NCBI RefSeq assembly: GCF_040392825.1
Contig: NZ_JBEBVH010000001.1
Span: forward strand, 1 to 60,100
DNA: 60,100 nucleotides
Direction of reading: 5' to 3'
DNA from: Pseudopedobacter sp.
Lineage (GTDB): Bacteria; Bacteroidota; Bacteroidia; Sphingobacteriales; Sphingobacteriaceae
Positions 36,475 through 46,656 of this stretch are shown here, piece after piece; positions within the stretch are counted from its first letter, which is position 1; the number at the start of each line of letters is the position of its first letter. A model generated the notes under the pieces. That model did not search any database and was not told where the DNA came from. It worked only from the letters and a program-made list of their open reading frames with translations. Position numbers and translations under genes: made by a program.

Positions 36475-37650
36475 TTATAGTAACTCAAAAATTCCTGCAG
36501 CACCTTGTCCGGTTCCGACACACATGGTAACCATTCCGTATTTTTGGTTAGTGCGTTTTAGCTCGTTTAAAATCTGAACAGTAAGTTTTGCTCCTGTACA
36601 ACCAAGTGGGTGCCCTAAAGCAATCGCTCCACCATTTACATTTAGTTTATTGGTGTCAATATCCAAATTGCGTATAACAGCTAATGATTGAGAGGCAAAT
36701 GCTTCATTCAGTTCTATCAGATCTATATCATTGAGATTCATATTCGCCATTTTCAAAGCTTTCGGAATGGCTTCGATGGGGCCTATTCCCATAATCCTGG
36801 GCGGAACTCCTGCAATCCCATAACTTATTAATCTGGCTATGGGCTGTACATTTAATTCTTTAAGCATTTTTTCAGATACGACCAGAACAAATGCAGCCCC
36901 ATCCGAAGTTTGGGAAGAATTTCCGGCAGTAACAGAGCCGTTTAGAGCAAAAACAGGTTTCAATTTAGCCAATGCTTCTGGATTGGTGTCTTTTCGGGGG
37001 CCTTCGTCGGTATCTACAACAAATTCTCTTGTTTTCTTTTTCAGATTTTCGTCTAAATAAGTCTCGTGTATTGTAATCGGCAGTACACCGTCTTTTAAAT
37101 GTCCATTCTCAATAGCGGCAATTGCTTTCTTGTGGGAATTATAAGCAAACTGATCCTGGTCTTCTCTGCTTACATTAAATTCTTTAGCCACAGCTTCGGC
37201 TGTAAGGCCCATACCCCAATACCAATCTGGATTCTCTTTTGCTACTTTAGCATTCGGTACAATTTTATTTCCACCAAACGGCATTCCAGACATTATTTCT
37301 ACGCCACCAGCTATAATACAATGGGCCATCCCTGCTTTAATTTTGGCCACTGCGGTAGCAATAGTTTCGAGACCCGACGCACAGTATCTGTTTACAGTAA
37401 CGCCAGGTACCTTATCTGTACTCAATCCCATAAGGGAAATCATACGACCAATATTTAAACCTTGCTCGGCTTCGGGAGTTGCATTGCCCACAATAACATC
37501 GTCTATACGATTTATATCTAAGTTTGGAACAGAAGCAACCAAACCTTTTATAACATCGGCAGCCAGATCATCTGCCCTTGTAAATCTGAAGACGCCGCGT
37601 GGAGCTTTTCCTACTGCTGTTCGGTATCCTGCTATAATGTATGCTTCCAT
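36475..37650 (-). CDS. fadA: Acetyl-CoA C-acyltransferase (thiolase)
   Basis: [27 protein letters not shown]. Confidence 0.95.
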   Translation of the reverse strand: MEAYIIAGYRTAVGKAPRGVFRFTRADDLAADVIKGLVASVPNLDINRIDDVIVGNATPEAEQGLNIGRMISLMGLSTDKVPGVTVNRYCASGLETIATAVAKIKAGMAHCIIAGGVEIMSGMPFGGNKIVPNAKVAKENPDWYWGMGLTAEAVAKEFNVSREDQDQFAYNSHKKAIAAIENGHLKDGVLPITIHETYLDENLKKKTREFVVDTDEGPRKDTNPEALAKLKPVFALNGSVTAGNSSQTSDGAAFVLVVSEKMLKELNVQPIARLISYGIAGVPPRIMGIGPIEAIPKALKMANMNLNDIDLIELNEAFASQSLAVIRNLDIDTNKLNVNGGAIALGHPLGCTGAKLTVQILNELKRTNQKYGMVTMCVGTGQGAAGIFELL

Positions 37651-37660
37651 ATTATTATCT

Positions 37661-37726
37661 AGATTTGAGTAGTGTGTATTGAGATTGCTTGTATGTTGTC
37701 TTGATATTAGAGATGGACTTTATAAT
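37661..37726. repeat. Left arm of an inverted repeat around the four-helix-bundle gene
   Basis: Heptamers AGATTTG-AGTAGTG-TGTATTG-AGATTGC and GACTTTATAAT at 37716-37726. Confidence 0.75.
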
Positions 37727-37729
37727 ATT

Positions 37730-38083
37730 TTAAATGTTTTCTAATGATTTTTGAAGTTTACAATTCATTTTTTGAATTTCATCTATTTTATTGAGAATCT
37801 TTTCTGTTGATATATCGTCAATAAACTCTAGCTTATTAGCGATTACTATTTGAGTTAATTCGTAGGATGAGCCATTGGTTATTCCTAAAAACTGCTTAAA
37901 TTCTTCTTTTGTATTTCGTCCTGTTTCCTCAGAAATATTTAAAGATATTGAAATAGCGCATCTGCGAGCCTGAGAAGTTAATCCAAATCTTTCATCAGGT
38001 GGAAATTTAGCAGTTGATTCATAAATATCAATTGCTAAATCTATTGACTTATTCCAGATTTTCAACTCTTTAATATTGTGCAT
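37730..38083 (-). CDS. Four-helix-bundle protein (23S rRNA IVP / TIGR02436 family), possibly decaying
   Basis: ELKIWNKS, FPPDERFGLTSQARR, NISEETGR, EFKQFL..GSSYEL. The natural start is ATG 38083, since the extension to 38164 only translates the repeat arm. Confidence 0.85.
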   Translation of the reverse strand: MHNIKELKIWNKSIDLAIDIYESTAKFPPDERFGLTSQARRCAISISLNISEETGRNTKEEFKQFLGITNGSSYELTQIVIANKLEFIDDISTEKILNKIDEIQKMNCKLQKSLENI

Positions 38084-38084
38084 A

Positions 38085-38175
38085 ATTATAAAGTCTAATG
38101 TCCTTTTTAATACTTTTCTATTGTCAAATATGCAAGGTCTTAATACGCAATACTCACATCTCAATACTTAAATCT
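38085..38175. repeat. Right arm of the inverted repeat around the four-helix-bundle gene
   Basis: ATTATAAAGTC at 38085-38095 and heptamers TAATACG-CAATACT-CACATCT-CAATACT-TAAATCT at 38141-38175. Confidence 0.75.
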
Positions 38176-38180
38176 CTCAA

Positions 38181-40586
38181 TCAATTCCTCAACGGTTTAC
38201 CTCCTGTAATTATGCTTTGAATTCTTTCTAGTGTCTTACGTTCTGTACATAAAGAAACAAAGGCTTCTCTTTCCAGATCTAAGAGATATTGTTCGTTAAC
38301 AATGGTAGGAGCAGATAAATCTCCTCCGCACATTACATATCCTAGTTTTTGAGAGATTTTTTGATCGTATTCGGAAATATAGTTTCCAGATCTCATACTA
38401 TTAGCGCCGGCATAAACCATACCCAATCCCGAATTTCCAAGGACCTTAACATCCTTCCTTGGAACAGGTGCTGAATAACCAGCATTGGCCAGATCCAAAG
38501 CCTTCGTTTTTGCATCTGAAATAAGGCGATCCCTGTTCATGGTTATCGAGAACTTTCCGGTTTGTAAATAACCTAATTCAAAAGCTTCAAGCGCAGAAGT
38601 AGATACTTTAGCCATGGCTATTGTTAAGAACCTGTCCTTTAATATATTCTGGTCTATCTGTCCTTCTTTAAATTCATCGGAGGCCCTGAGAGCAAATTCT
38701 TTGCTGCCACCGCCACCAGGAATTAAACCAACACCAAATTCAACCAGTCCCATATACGTTTCTGCATAAAGCTGTACATGGTCTGCATGCAGGCAGAATT
38801 CGCAACCTCCACCCAATGTTAAATTATGCGGGGCCAGAATAACCGGAATAGCAGAATGACGTATTCGCATAGAAGTATCCTGGAACATTTTAATAGCCAT
38901 ATTTACCTCATCCCATTCTTGCTCAACGGCCATCATGAATATCATTCCCACATTTGCTCCGGCAGAGAAATTAGCAGCGTCATTGCCGATAACAAGCCCT
39001 TTATAAGATTTTTCAGCTATGTCTATCGCTTTGTTAATTCCAGCCAGAACCTCTCCATCAATCGTATTCATTTTTGTATGAAACTCAAGGTTTAAGATGC
39101 CATCTCCTAAATCGGTTAAGGTAGTTCCTTTATTTTTCCAAATGGTTTTTGTTGGCCGTATATTATCTAAAATAATGTAGGAATCACGACCCGGTATGGT
39201 CTTGTAAGTTTTAGTAGGTATATCGTAATATTGTTTTATTCCGTTTTCTATTTTGTAGAAAGATGCATTTCCAGAGCTTAACATGTCATTTACCCATAAA
39301 GCAGGTTTTTTGCCATGTTGTTCCATAATTTCAATTCCTTCTTTTACACCAATCGCATCCCATACTTCAAAAGGTCCCAATTCCCAGCCAAAGCCAGCTC
39401 GCATAGCATCGTCTATTCTGTATAATTCGTCGGATATTTCCGGAATTCTATTTGAAACATATTCAAACAAACCTGCAAAAGAAATTCTGAAGAATTCACC
39501 AGCTTTATCTTTTCCTTTCGCATAGACACGCATTCGCTCTTGTAGATTATCTATTTTTTTTGTTTCGTCTAAAGTCGTAGATTTTACTTTTTGCTGCGGT
39601 TTATATTCTAAGGTTTTAAGATCTAACGACAAAATTTCTGACTTTCCGTCTTTGTCCTTCACTTTTTTGTAAAAACCCTGACTGGTTTTGTCTCCCAGCC
39701 ATTTGTTTTCCTGCATCTTTTTAACATAATCCGGAAGTACAAATGCATCTTTAGATTCATCGTTGGGTGCATTTTGGACTAAGCCATTAGCAACGTTAAT
39801 CATTGTATCCAAACCAACCACATCTGATGTACGAAATGTAGCAGATTTAGGACGGCCTAATGCTGGTCCGCTAAATTTATCAACTTCTTCAACCGTTAAG
39901 TCTAATTTTTGTACCAAATGAAGTAAAGACATAATAGAAAATACTCCTACTCTATTGGCTATAAAAGCAGGTGTATCTTTACACAAAACAGTTGTTTTTC
40001 CCAAATAAAGATCTCCGTATTCCAGTAGGAAATCTATTATTTCGGGATCTGTATAAGGTGTAGGTATAATTTCTAAAAGTCTGAGATATCTTGGAGGGTT
40101 AAAAAAGTGCGTTCCGCAAAAATGCTTTTTAAAATCTTCGCTTCTTCCTTCTGCCATTAAATGGATAGGGATGCCAGAGGTATTAGATGCAATAAGAGTT
40201 CCAGGTTTCCGGTATTGTTCAACCTGGTCAAAAACAGATTTTTTTATTTCCAGATTCTCAACTACAACTTCTATTATCCAGTCGCATGAGGTTATATCTT
40301 TCATATTGTCAGCAAAATTTCCTGTGCTGATTTGATGAAGAACAGATTTACTGTAAATAGGAGACGGATTGGATTTTAATGCATTTTGTAAAGAACTATC
40401 GACAATCCTGTTTTTTACTCTTTTGTCTGATAAATCTAATCCTTTGGCTTGTTCTGCAGCAGTTAGTTCTTTAGGTGCTATATCCAACAATAAAACTTCT
40501 ACGCCAATGTTGGCAAAGTGACAGGCTATGCGAGACCCCATGATTCCAGAACCTAAAACAGCGACTTTTTTAATAGTTCTTTTCAT
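38181..40586 (-). CDS. fadN: 3-hydroxyacyl-CoA dehydrogenase / enoyl-CoA hydratase (FadN type)
   Basis: VLGSGIMG, SNTSG, GTHFFNPPRY, FSAGAN, LGGGCE, GLVEFGVGLIP, GKPLRN. Confidence 0.93.
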   Translation of the reverse strand: MKRTIKKVAVLGSGIMGSRIACHFANIGVEVLLLDIAPKELTAAEQAKGLDLSDKRVKNRIVDSSLQNALKSNPSPIYSKSVLHQISTGNFADNMKDITSCDWIIEVVVENLEIKKSVFDQVEQYRKPGTLIASNTSGIPIHLMAEGRSEDFKKHFCGTHFFNPPRYLRLLEIIPTPYTDPEIIDFLLEYGDLYLGKTTVLCKDTPAFIANRVGVFSIMSLLHLVQKLDLTVEEVDKFSGPALGRPKSATFRTSDVVGLDTMINVANGLVQNAPNDESKDAFVLPDYVKKMQENKWLGDKTSQGFYKKVKDKDGKSEILSLDLKTLEYKPQQKVKSTTLDETKKIDNLQERMRVYAKGKDKAGEFFRISFAGLFEYVSNRIPEISDELYRIDDAMRAGFGWELGPFEVWDAIGVKEGIEIMEQHGKKPALWVNDMLSSGNASFYKIENGIKQYYDIPTKTYKTIPGRDSYIILDNIRPTKTIWKNKGTTLTDLGDGILNLEFHTKMNTIDGEVLAGINKAIDIAEKSYKGLVIGNDAANFSAGANVGMIFMMAVEQEWDEVNMAIKMFQDTSMRIRHSAIPVILAPHNLTLGGGCEFCLHADHVQLYAETYMGLVEFGVGLIPGGGGSKEFALRASDEFKEGQIDQNILKDRFLTIAMAKVSTSALEAFELGYLQTGKFSITMNRDRLISDAKTKALDLANAGYSAPVPRKDVKVLGNSGLGMVYAGANSMRSGNYISEYDQKISQKLGYVMCGGDLSAPTIVNEQYLLDLEREAFVSLCTERKTLERIQSIITGGKPLRN

Positions 40587-40600
40587 AAAATGAATATAGA

Positions 40601-41032
40601 TTATGGTTGATAATCTGTTGTTAACTTATTTATCTTTTTCAAGGACTCAATTAAATGCTCCTTATCTGTTTCTGCGATATTATGATTTAAATAGTCGTTG
40701 AATTTTCTAACAACGACTCTTGCTAAATGCCTTTTTTCTTTACCCAAATCTGTTAAGAAAACCTTTACAGAGCGTTTGTCCGTTTGATGGCTTTGTCTAT
40801 ATATCAACCCATCCCTTTCCAAATTGTTTAACATTCTGCTCAGACTTGTAGATTTAAGACCCAATAGCGAAGCAACTTCCGATACGGTTGTGCCTTCTTC
40901 TTCGTGTATATTGATTAATAAATAACCAACTGATTGTGTAATTCCAAATTCAGAAGCAATACTATTATATTTGTTGGCAATGTTTTGCCAAACAACCTTT
41001 AAAAAATAGTCTATGGTTTCTTGATGCTTCAT
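40601..41032 (-). CDS. MarR family transcriptional regulator
   Basis: Winged HTH STSLSRMLNNLERDGLI, DKRSVKVFLTDLG. Confidence 0.92.
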   Translation of the reverse strand: MKHQETIDYFLKVVWQNIANKYNSIASEFGITQSVGYLLINIHEEEGTTVSEVASLLGLKSTSLSRMLNNLERDGLIYRQSHQTDKRSVKVFLTDLGKEKRHLARVVVRKFNDYLNHNIAETDKEHLIESLKKINKLTTDYQP

Positions 41033-41065
41033 GTTAAAATAGTTATTGGGTTATAGTAGTTTTAA

Positions 41066-41103
41066 CAAATATAATAAACTAAAAAACATTATGCAAGCAT
41101 AAT
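41066..41103 (-). promoter_or_regulatory. marR-fad promoter with a palindromic operator
   Basis: Minus-strand TATATTTG (41073-41066), with the palindrome ATTATGC-AA-GCATAAT (41088-41103) over the -33 region. Confidence 0.65.
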
Positions 41104-41196
41104 AAATCTATTTTTTGGAGTAGTTTTTGTATATAAAACTGCTATGCTGAACTTAAATCATTAAATTTTATTCTAATTAAGACGCTCTAAGTAACT

Positions 41197-42675
41197 ATGA
41201 TATTAATTGTTGACGATAAAGCAGAAAACATTTATTCGCTCAAAAAACTTCTCGAGTTAAAAAATTTTTCTGTAGATACGGCAATGTCAGGAGAGGAAGC
41301 TCTCAAAAAAGTACTTAAAAACAATTATGCCTTGATTATTCTGGATGTACAGATGCCCGGCATGGATGGATTTGAAGTAGCCGAAACATTATCAGGATTT
41401 AATAAAACAAAGAATATTCCCATCATTTTTTTATCTGCCGTAAATAAGGATAAAAAATTTATCACAAAAGGCTATGCTTCAGGAGGAATTGATTATGTTA
41501 CTAAGCCAGTAGATCCGGATATCCTTTTGTTAAAAGTAAAGACATTCTATAAGCTTTATGAGCAGACATTAATATTAAACGAAACACAAAAAAACCTGCA
41601 ATCGGAGATAGAGATTAGGAAAAATGTACAAGAAGAACTTAGAAAAAAAGTAGAACATTTACATTTTACATTAGAGTCGCTGCCTCAGATAGCTTTTACG
41701 GCTACTGCTGAAGGGACAATAGATTTTGTTAATAAGAAATGGTTTAGTTACGCTGTAACGGACAGAAGCTTCCCCCCGGTACATCCCGAAGACAAAGATA
41801 TTTTTCAAGAATGGTCCATTGCCATGTTGACAGATAATGCTCTGGAAATGGAAGTTAGAATTAAAAAAATCAATGGAGACTCCTACAGGTTCCATTTATT
41901 GAGAATTGTACCTATAAAAGAAGACGGGAAAGTAGTAAAATGGGTTGGAACCTTTACAGATATTGAGGATCAAAAACAAATAGAGAAGAAAAAAGATGAG
42001 TTTTTGAGTATAGCCAGTCATGAACTTAAAACACCGCTTACAAGTATAAAGGCCTATGTCCAACTTCTTGAACGTAATTTAGTTGATATTGAAGAAACGC
42101 CTGCGAAAACATATATCAGCAGGGTGCAGTCACAATTGGATAAGCTACAAAGTCTGATTACCGATTTATTGGACATTTCAAAAATAGAGAATGGGAAATT
42201 AAAGCTTAATAAAAAGCTATTCTTACTGGATGATCTGATAGATAATGTCATTAATACGATATACCATACTTATGGTAATTTAAAAATAGAGATAGTTAAG
42301 GATGGAGAAGCCCTCGGCAGAGAAATTTTGGGTGATGAAACTAGAATAGAACAAGTTCTTATTAACTATCTCACCAATGCTATAAAATATGCGCCGGATA
42401 CAGAGCAGATTCTGGTAAAAACAGAAATTATTCGAGATTTTGTAAAAGTTAGCGTTATTGATTTTGGAATTGGAATATTGGAAAACAATCAAAAAAATCT
42501 TTTTGATAAGTTTTACAGAGTTGAAGAAACCTCTGTTAAATTTCAGGGATTAGGAATTGGCTTATATATCTGTTCTGAGATTATCAGGCAACATAATGGG
42601 AATGTTGGCATTGAAAGCAAATATGGGTCTGGCTCTACTTTTTATTTTACTTTACCTTTAACCTACTATAATTAA
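41197..42675 (+). CDS. Cytoplasmic hybrid kinase: receiver, PAS, HisKA, HATPase
   Basis: IVDD, ILDVQMP, KP, PAS-like VHPED...WVGTFTDI, ASHELKTP, NYLTNAIKY, GLGIGL. Confidence 0.92.
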   Translation: MILIVDDKAENIYSLKKLLELKNFSVDTAMSGEEALKKVLKNNYALIILDVQMPGMDGFEVAETLSGFNKTKNIPIIFLSAVNKDKKFITKGYASGGIDYVTKPVDPDILLLKVKTFYKLYEQTLILNETQKNLQSEIEIRKNVQEELRKKVEHLHFTLESLPQIAFTATAEGTIDFVNKKWFSYAVTDRSFPPVHPEDKDIFQEWSIAMLTDNALEMEVRIKKINGDSYRFHLLRIVPIKEDGKVVKWVGTFTDIEDQKQIEKKKDEFLSIASHELKTPLTSIKAYVQLLERNLVDIEETPAKTYISRVQSQLDKLQSLITDLLDISKIENGKLKLNKKLFLLDDLIDNVINTIYHTYGNLKIEIVKDGEALGREILGDETRIEQVLINYLTNAIKYAPDTEQILVKTEIIRDFVKVSVIDFGIGILENNQKNLFDKFYRVEETSVKFQGLGIGLYICSEIIRQHNGNVGIESKYGSGSTFYFTLPLTYYN

Positions 42676-42678
42676 AAA

Positions 42679-45600
42679 ATGGCAAAAGCATTTTTAAGAA
42701 ACCTTCAGATAGGTTTTGGAATTTCACTTTTAATATTAATCTTAAGTTCCGGAGCTTCTTATATCAGTATTCAAAAGTTAATCCAGAGTAGGGAGGAAAT
42801 AGCTAAAACAAGAGAGATAGTTGAATCAACAATTGAGGTGCTGGTTGATTTACAGAATATAGAAACAGGTCAGCGAGGTTATCTCCTGACGGGTCGGGAC
42901 GTTTTTCTAGAACCATATAATTCCGGTGCAAAAAAGGTATATTCTTCTTTAGAAAAGGTTAAAAAACTGACAGAACCGGCATCGTACACAAGGCGAAAGA
43001 TAGAAAGTCTTGAGGTCTTAACCAATGCGAGACTTGGGTATCTGGAAGAAGCCTTGGTGCAAAAACGTAATGGGCTGCCTATCGAGACTAAGAAGCTGGA
43101 GTTGGGCAAGAGTACAATGGATAAATGCAGAGCCGTAATTGATGAAATTGTAGAGTATGAAGAAGCTATATTGTTTAGAAATGGGAATAAGCTGGAAAAT
43201 TACATTGCATATAGTGTCATCTTTATTATAGTTGCAGCGATAGCTTCTATATTCATAACAATGTACTTTTATAACAGAGTAAGGTTGGACTTTAGAAGGA
43301 GAGATGAACTTCAGACAGCATTGAAACAAAAAGATGCTGAAATGACGAGAAGGATAAATATTATCAGAAATATTGCCAACAAAATATCCGAAGGAGATTA
43401 TGAAATTGAGATCAATGATGCTGAAGAAGATGATTTGGGAGTTGTAGCCAATTCATTAAATCATATGACAAGGTCATTGAAAACTGCTTTCGATCAAATA
43501 AACGCAAATGAATGGCAGCAAACAGGCTTGGCCAGCTTAAATAAAAGCCTGGTAGGTAATAAGACTGTCGAAAATCTATGTAACGATGTATTAAAGTTCA
43601 TTGCAAACTATGCGAATTGCTATAATGGAGCGCTGTATTTATGGCAGGATGATAAAATAGTGCTAAAGGCGGCTTATGGTTTGGAAAACTATATGGCTAA
43701 ATCTTTTAATGTTGGTGAGGGAATGATTGGACAGGTGTTTAAAGACAGAGAATTCAAGCACTTCGAAAATATAGACACCAAAGATTTCACTGTTAGTTTT
43801 TCCAGTGGCAAGCTAAAGGTAGCAGACATCGTTCTTTTTCCATTGATGCTGGAAAAAGAATGTTTAGGTGTTATCGAATTGGGATTACACGAGAGTTTGG
43901 ATGAAAAGCAATTGTCATTTTTTAGGGAGGCCTGTAAAGATATGGCCAATGCTATTGCAGATGCTTATAACAGGAATAAAATCCAGACCTTATTGGAAGA
44001 GTCTCAGGCTCAGTCCGAAGAGTTGCAGACACAGCATTCAGAACTCGAAAATCTGAATATGGAGCTCGAAGCACAAACGCAGAAACTACAGGCATCTGAG
44101 GAGGAACTAAAAGTACAACAAGAAGAGCTTTTACAATCTAACCAGGAACTAGAAGAACGATCGAAATTATTGGAAGAAAAGAATCTAATGATAGCCGAAC
44201 GTAATCTTGAAATACAGAAAAAAGCAGAAGAACTGGCTGTAAGTACTAAATATAAATCTGAGTTCCTGGCTAACATGTCTCATGAACTCAGAACGCCGTT
44301 AAATTCAATTTTGTTGTTATCACGCCTGATGGCAGAAAACACAGAACACAACTTGAATGAAGAGCAAGTAGAATCTGCAAAGGTTATTCAAAGCTCAGGA
44401 GCAAGTTTATTAGAACTGATAGATGAAATCTTAGATTTATCGAAAATAGAGGCAGGTAAAATGACTTTGGACTATCAGGATATAAGTATTGAAGGGATCA
44501 TACAGGAGATGCAAGCTTTATTTGCTCCAATTGTGCGAGAAAAAAATCTGCAATTCGATATAAAGGTTAATTCAGATGTAAATCAGACTATAGAAACAGA
44601 TAAAATGAGATTAGAGCAGGTTATTAAGAACTTGCTGTCTAATGCAATTAAATTTACATCGAAAGGTAGTGTCGGTTTCTCCATTAGCAAGGAAAAAGAA
44701 AATGTTTTATTCTCGGTAAAAGATACGGGAATTGGTATTCCACCAGAGCAACAGAAAATAATTTTTGAAGCATTTCAACAAGCCGATGGCTCAACAAGAA
44801 GAAAGTTTGGTGGAACAGGGCTGGGACTGTCAATCAGTAGAGAAATAGCAAAATTATTAGGTGGGGAGATAAGGCTAACAAGTAGGGAAAATGAGGGCAG
44901 TACCTTTACTTTAGTCGTTCCAATTAGAAGCTCCCATACGGTAAATAAGCCTCATGTACAGGAACTAATAGAAGATATTTCGGCCGATGTTGAGGAAATA
45001 CAGCATATAACTCAACAGCAGGCACCTAAAACAAACCTGGCAGTGTTAGAGATTCCGGAAAATGTAGATGACGATAGAAATGATATTGGACGGGATGACA
45101 AGGTAATTTTGATTGTAGAAGACGATGTTAACTTTGCTAAAGTACTACTCAAATATACCAGAAAGAAGAAGTATAAAGGTGTTGTCGTTGTTCGTGGTGA
45201 TATTGCTGCGGAATTTGCAGAACGGTATCAGCCTTTGGCTATACTCCTGGATATTCAGTTACCTGTGAAAGATGGTTGGCAGGTTATGGAAGAAATAAAA
45301 AGTAATCCTGCTACTAAACATATTCCGGTTCATATCATGTCTTCGCTTAAAGTAAAAAAGGAAAGTTTATTAAAGGGCGCTATCGACTTTATTGACAAAC
45401 CTGTTGCCTTAGAGCAGATTAATGATATGTTCAAAAGGATAGAAGAAGCTTTAAATCGTTTCCCTAAAAAAGTCCTGATTGTAGAAGAAAATCAAAAACA
45501 CGCAAGTGCTTTATCTTATTTTCTAAGTAGCTTTAACATCCACACAGAAATAAAAAATAGCGTAGCAGATAGTATCAACGCCTTAACTTCAGATAAGGCA

Positions 45601-46272
45601 GATTGCGTAATCTTAGATATGGGAGTTCCTGATACTGTAGGTTACGAGACTTTAGAAGCAGTAAAAAGAAATCCAGGATTGGAGAATTTACCAATTATCG
45701 TTTTTACAGGAAAGAACTTGTCCCAGTTAGAGGAGGCAAGATTAAAGCAATATGCCGACTCTATTGTTCTGAAAACAGCCCACTCATACCAAAGAATTTT
45801 AGATGAAGTTGGATTATTCCTGCATTTGGTAGAGGAAAAAAAGCAATCTGACAATAGTACAAAACGAACCAATAAACTTGGTGCTCTGCAGGAAGTATTG
45901 AAAGATAAAAAAGTGCTTATTGCAGATGACGATGTTAGAAATATCTTCTCTTTAACAAAAGCTCTGGAAAAATATCAAATGAAAGTTATTTCTGCTATAG
46001 ACGGAAAAGAAGCTTTAACTCAGTTAGAAAACAACCCGGACACGGCAATTGTATTGATGGATATGATGATGCCTGAAATGGACGGATATGAAACAATCAG
46101 GGAAATTAGAAAAAATAATAATTCGGAAGACCTTCCTATAATAGCCGTAACGGCAAAAGCAATGGTTGGAGACAGGGAAAAATGTATTACGGCGGGAGCG
46201 TCGGACTATATTTCCAAGCCAGTAGATACAGATCAATTACTTTCTTTATTAAGAGTTTGGTTATATGAATAA
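42679..46272 (+). CDS. Hybrid sensor kinase: CHASE3, HAMP, GAF, coiled coil, HisKA, HATPase, three receivers
   Basis: ETGQRGYLLTG (CHASE3), GEGMIGQV (GAF), E/Q-rich coil, MSHELRTP, FGGTGLGL, three REC domains. Confidence 0.93.
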   Translation: MAKAFLRNLQIGFGISLLILILSSGASYISIQKLIQSREEIAKTREIVESTIEVLVDLQNIETGQRGYLLTGRDVFLEPYNSGAKKVYSSLEKVKKLTEPASYTRRKIESLEVLTNARLGYLEEALVQKRNGLPIETKKLELGKSTMDKCRAVIDEIVEYEEAILFRNGNKLENYIAYSVIFIIVAAIASIFITMYFYNRVRLDFRRRDELQTALKQKDAEMTRRINIIRNIANKISEGDYEIEINDAEEDDLGVVANSLNHMTRSLKTAFDQINANEWQQTGLASLNKSLVGNKTVENLCNDVLKFIANYANCYNGALYLWQDDKIVLKAAYGLENYMAKSFNVGEGMIGQVFKDREFKHFENIDTKDFTVSFSSGKLKVADIVLFPLMLEKECLGVIELGLHESLDEKQLSFFREACKDMANAIADAYNRNKIQTLLEESQAQSEELQTQHSELENLNMELEAQTQKLQASEEELKVQQEELLQSNQELEERSKLLEEKNLMIAERNLEIQKKAEELAVSTKYKSEFLANMSHELRTPLNSILLLSRLMAENTEHNLNEEQVESAKVIQSSGASLLELIDEILDLSKIEAGKMTLDYQDISIEGIIQEMQALFAPIVREKNLQFDIKVNSDVNQTIETDKMRLEQVIKNLLSNAIKFTSKGSVGFSISKEKENVLFSVKDTGIGIPPEQQKIIFEAFQQADGSTRRKFGGTGLGLSISREIAKLLGGEIRLTSRENEGSTFTLVVPIRSSHTVNKPHVQELIEDISADVEEIQHITQQQAPKTNLAVLEIPENVDDDRNDIGRDDKVILIVEDDVNFAKVLLKYTRKKKYKGVVVVRGDIAAEFAERYQPLAILLDIQLPVKDGWQVMEEIKSNPATKHIPVHIMSSLKVKKESLLKGAIDFIDKPVALEQINDMFKRIEEALNRFPKKVLIVEENQKHASALSYFLSSFNIHTEIKNSVADSINALTSDKADCVILDMGVPDTVGYETLEAVKRNPGLENLPIIVFTGKNLSQLEEARLKQYADSIVLKTAHSYQRILDEVGLFLHLVEEKKQSDNSTKRTNKLGALQEVLKDKKVLIADDDVRNIFSLTKALEKYQMKVISAIDGKEALTQLENNPDTAIVLMDMMMPEMDGYETIREIRKNNNSEDLPIIAVTAKAMVGDREKCITAGASDYISKPVDTDQLLSLLRVWLYE

Positions 46273-46284
46273 CAGCCTTGAATT

Positions 46285-46656
46285 ATGGAAGACAAAAAAA
46301 ATGTATTGATAATAGACGATGATAGCCGGAATATCTTTGCGTTAAGTCTTTACCTCAAAGCGAAGGGATTTCAAAGTGTTTCTGCATTGAGCGCTAAAGA
46401 GGGCATAGAAATCTTAAACAAATCTGACAATGTAAGTGTTGTCTTTATGGATATTATGATGCCGGAAATGGATGGGTACGAAGCCATCAGGAAAATAAGG
46501 GAAATACCCAGATTTAGTTTATTACCGATAATAGCTGTTACAGCACAGGCGATGATTGGCGATAAAGAAAAATGTTTGGATGCCGGAGCATCCGGATATA
46601 TTTCTAAACCTATTAATATGGATAAGCTGGTAGCTATGATTAACGATTTGACATAA
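46285..46656 (+). CDS. Single-domain response regulator
   Basis: IDDD, FMDIMMP, TAQA, SKP. Confidence 0.92.
   Translation: MEDKKNVLIIDDDSRNIFALSLYLKAKGFQSVSALSAKEGIEILNKSDNVSVVFMDIMMPEMDGYEAIRKIREIPRFSLLPIIAVTAQAMIGDKEKCLDAGASGYISKPINMDKLVAMINDLT

Noticed and set aside
38084-38164. 27-aa N-terminal extension of the four-helix-bundle ORF
   Set aside because: It is a translation of the repeat arm. Family similarity starts at the Met at 38083.
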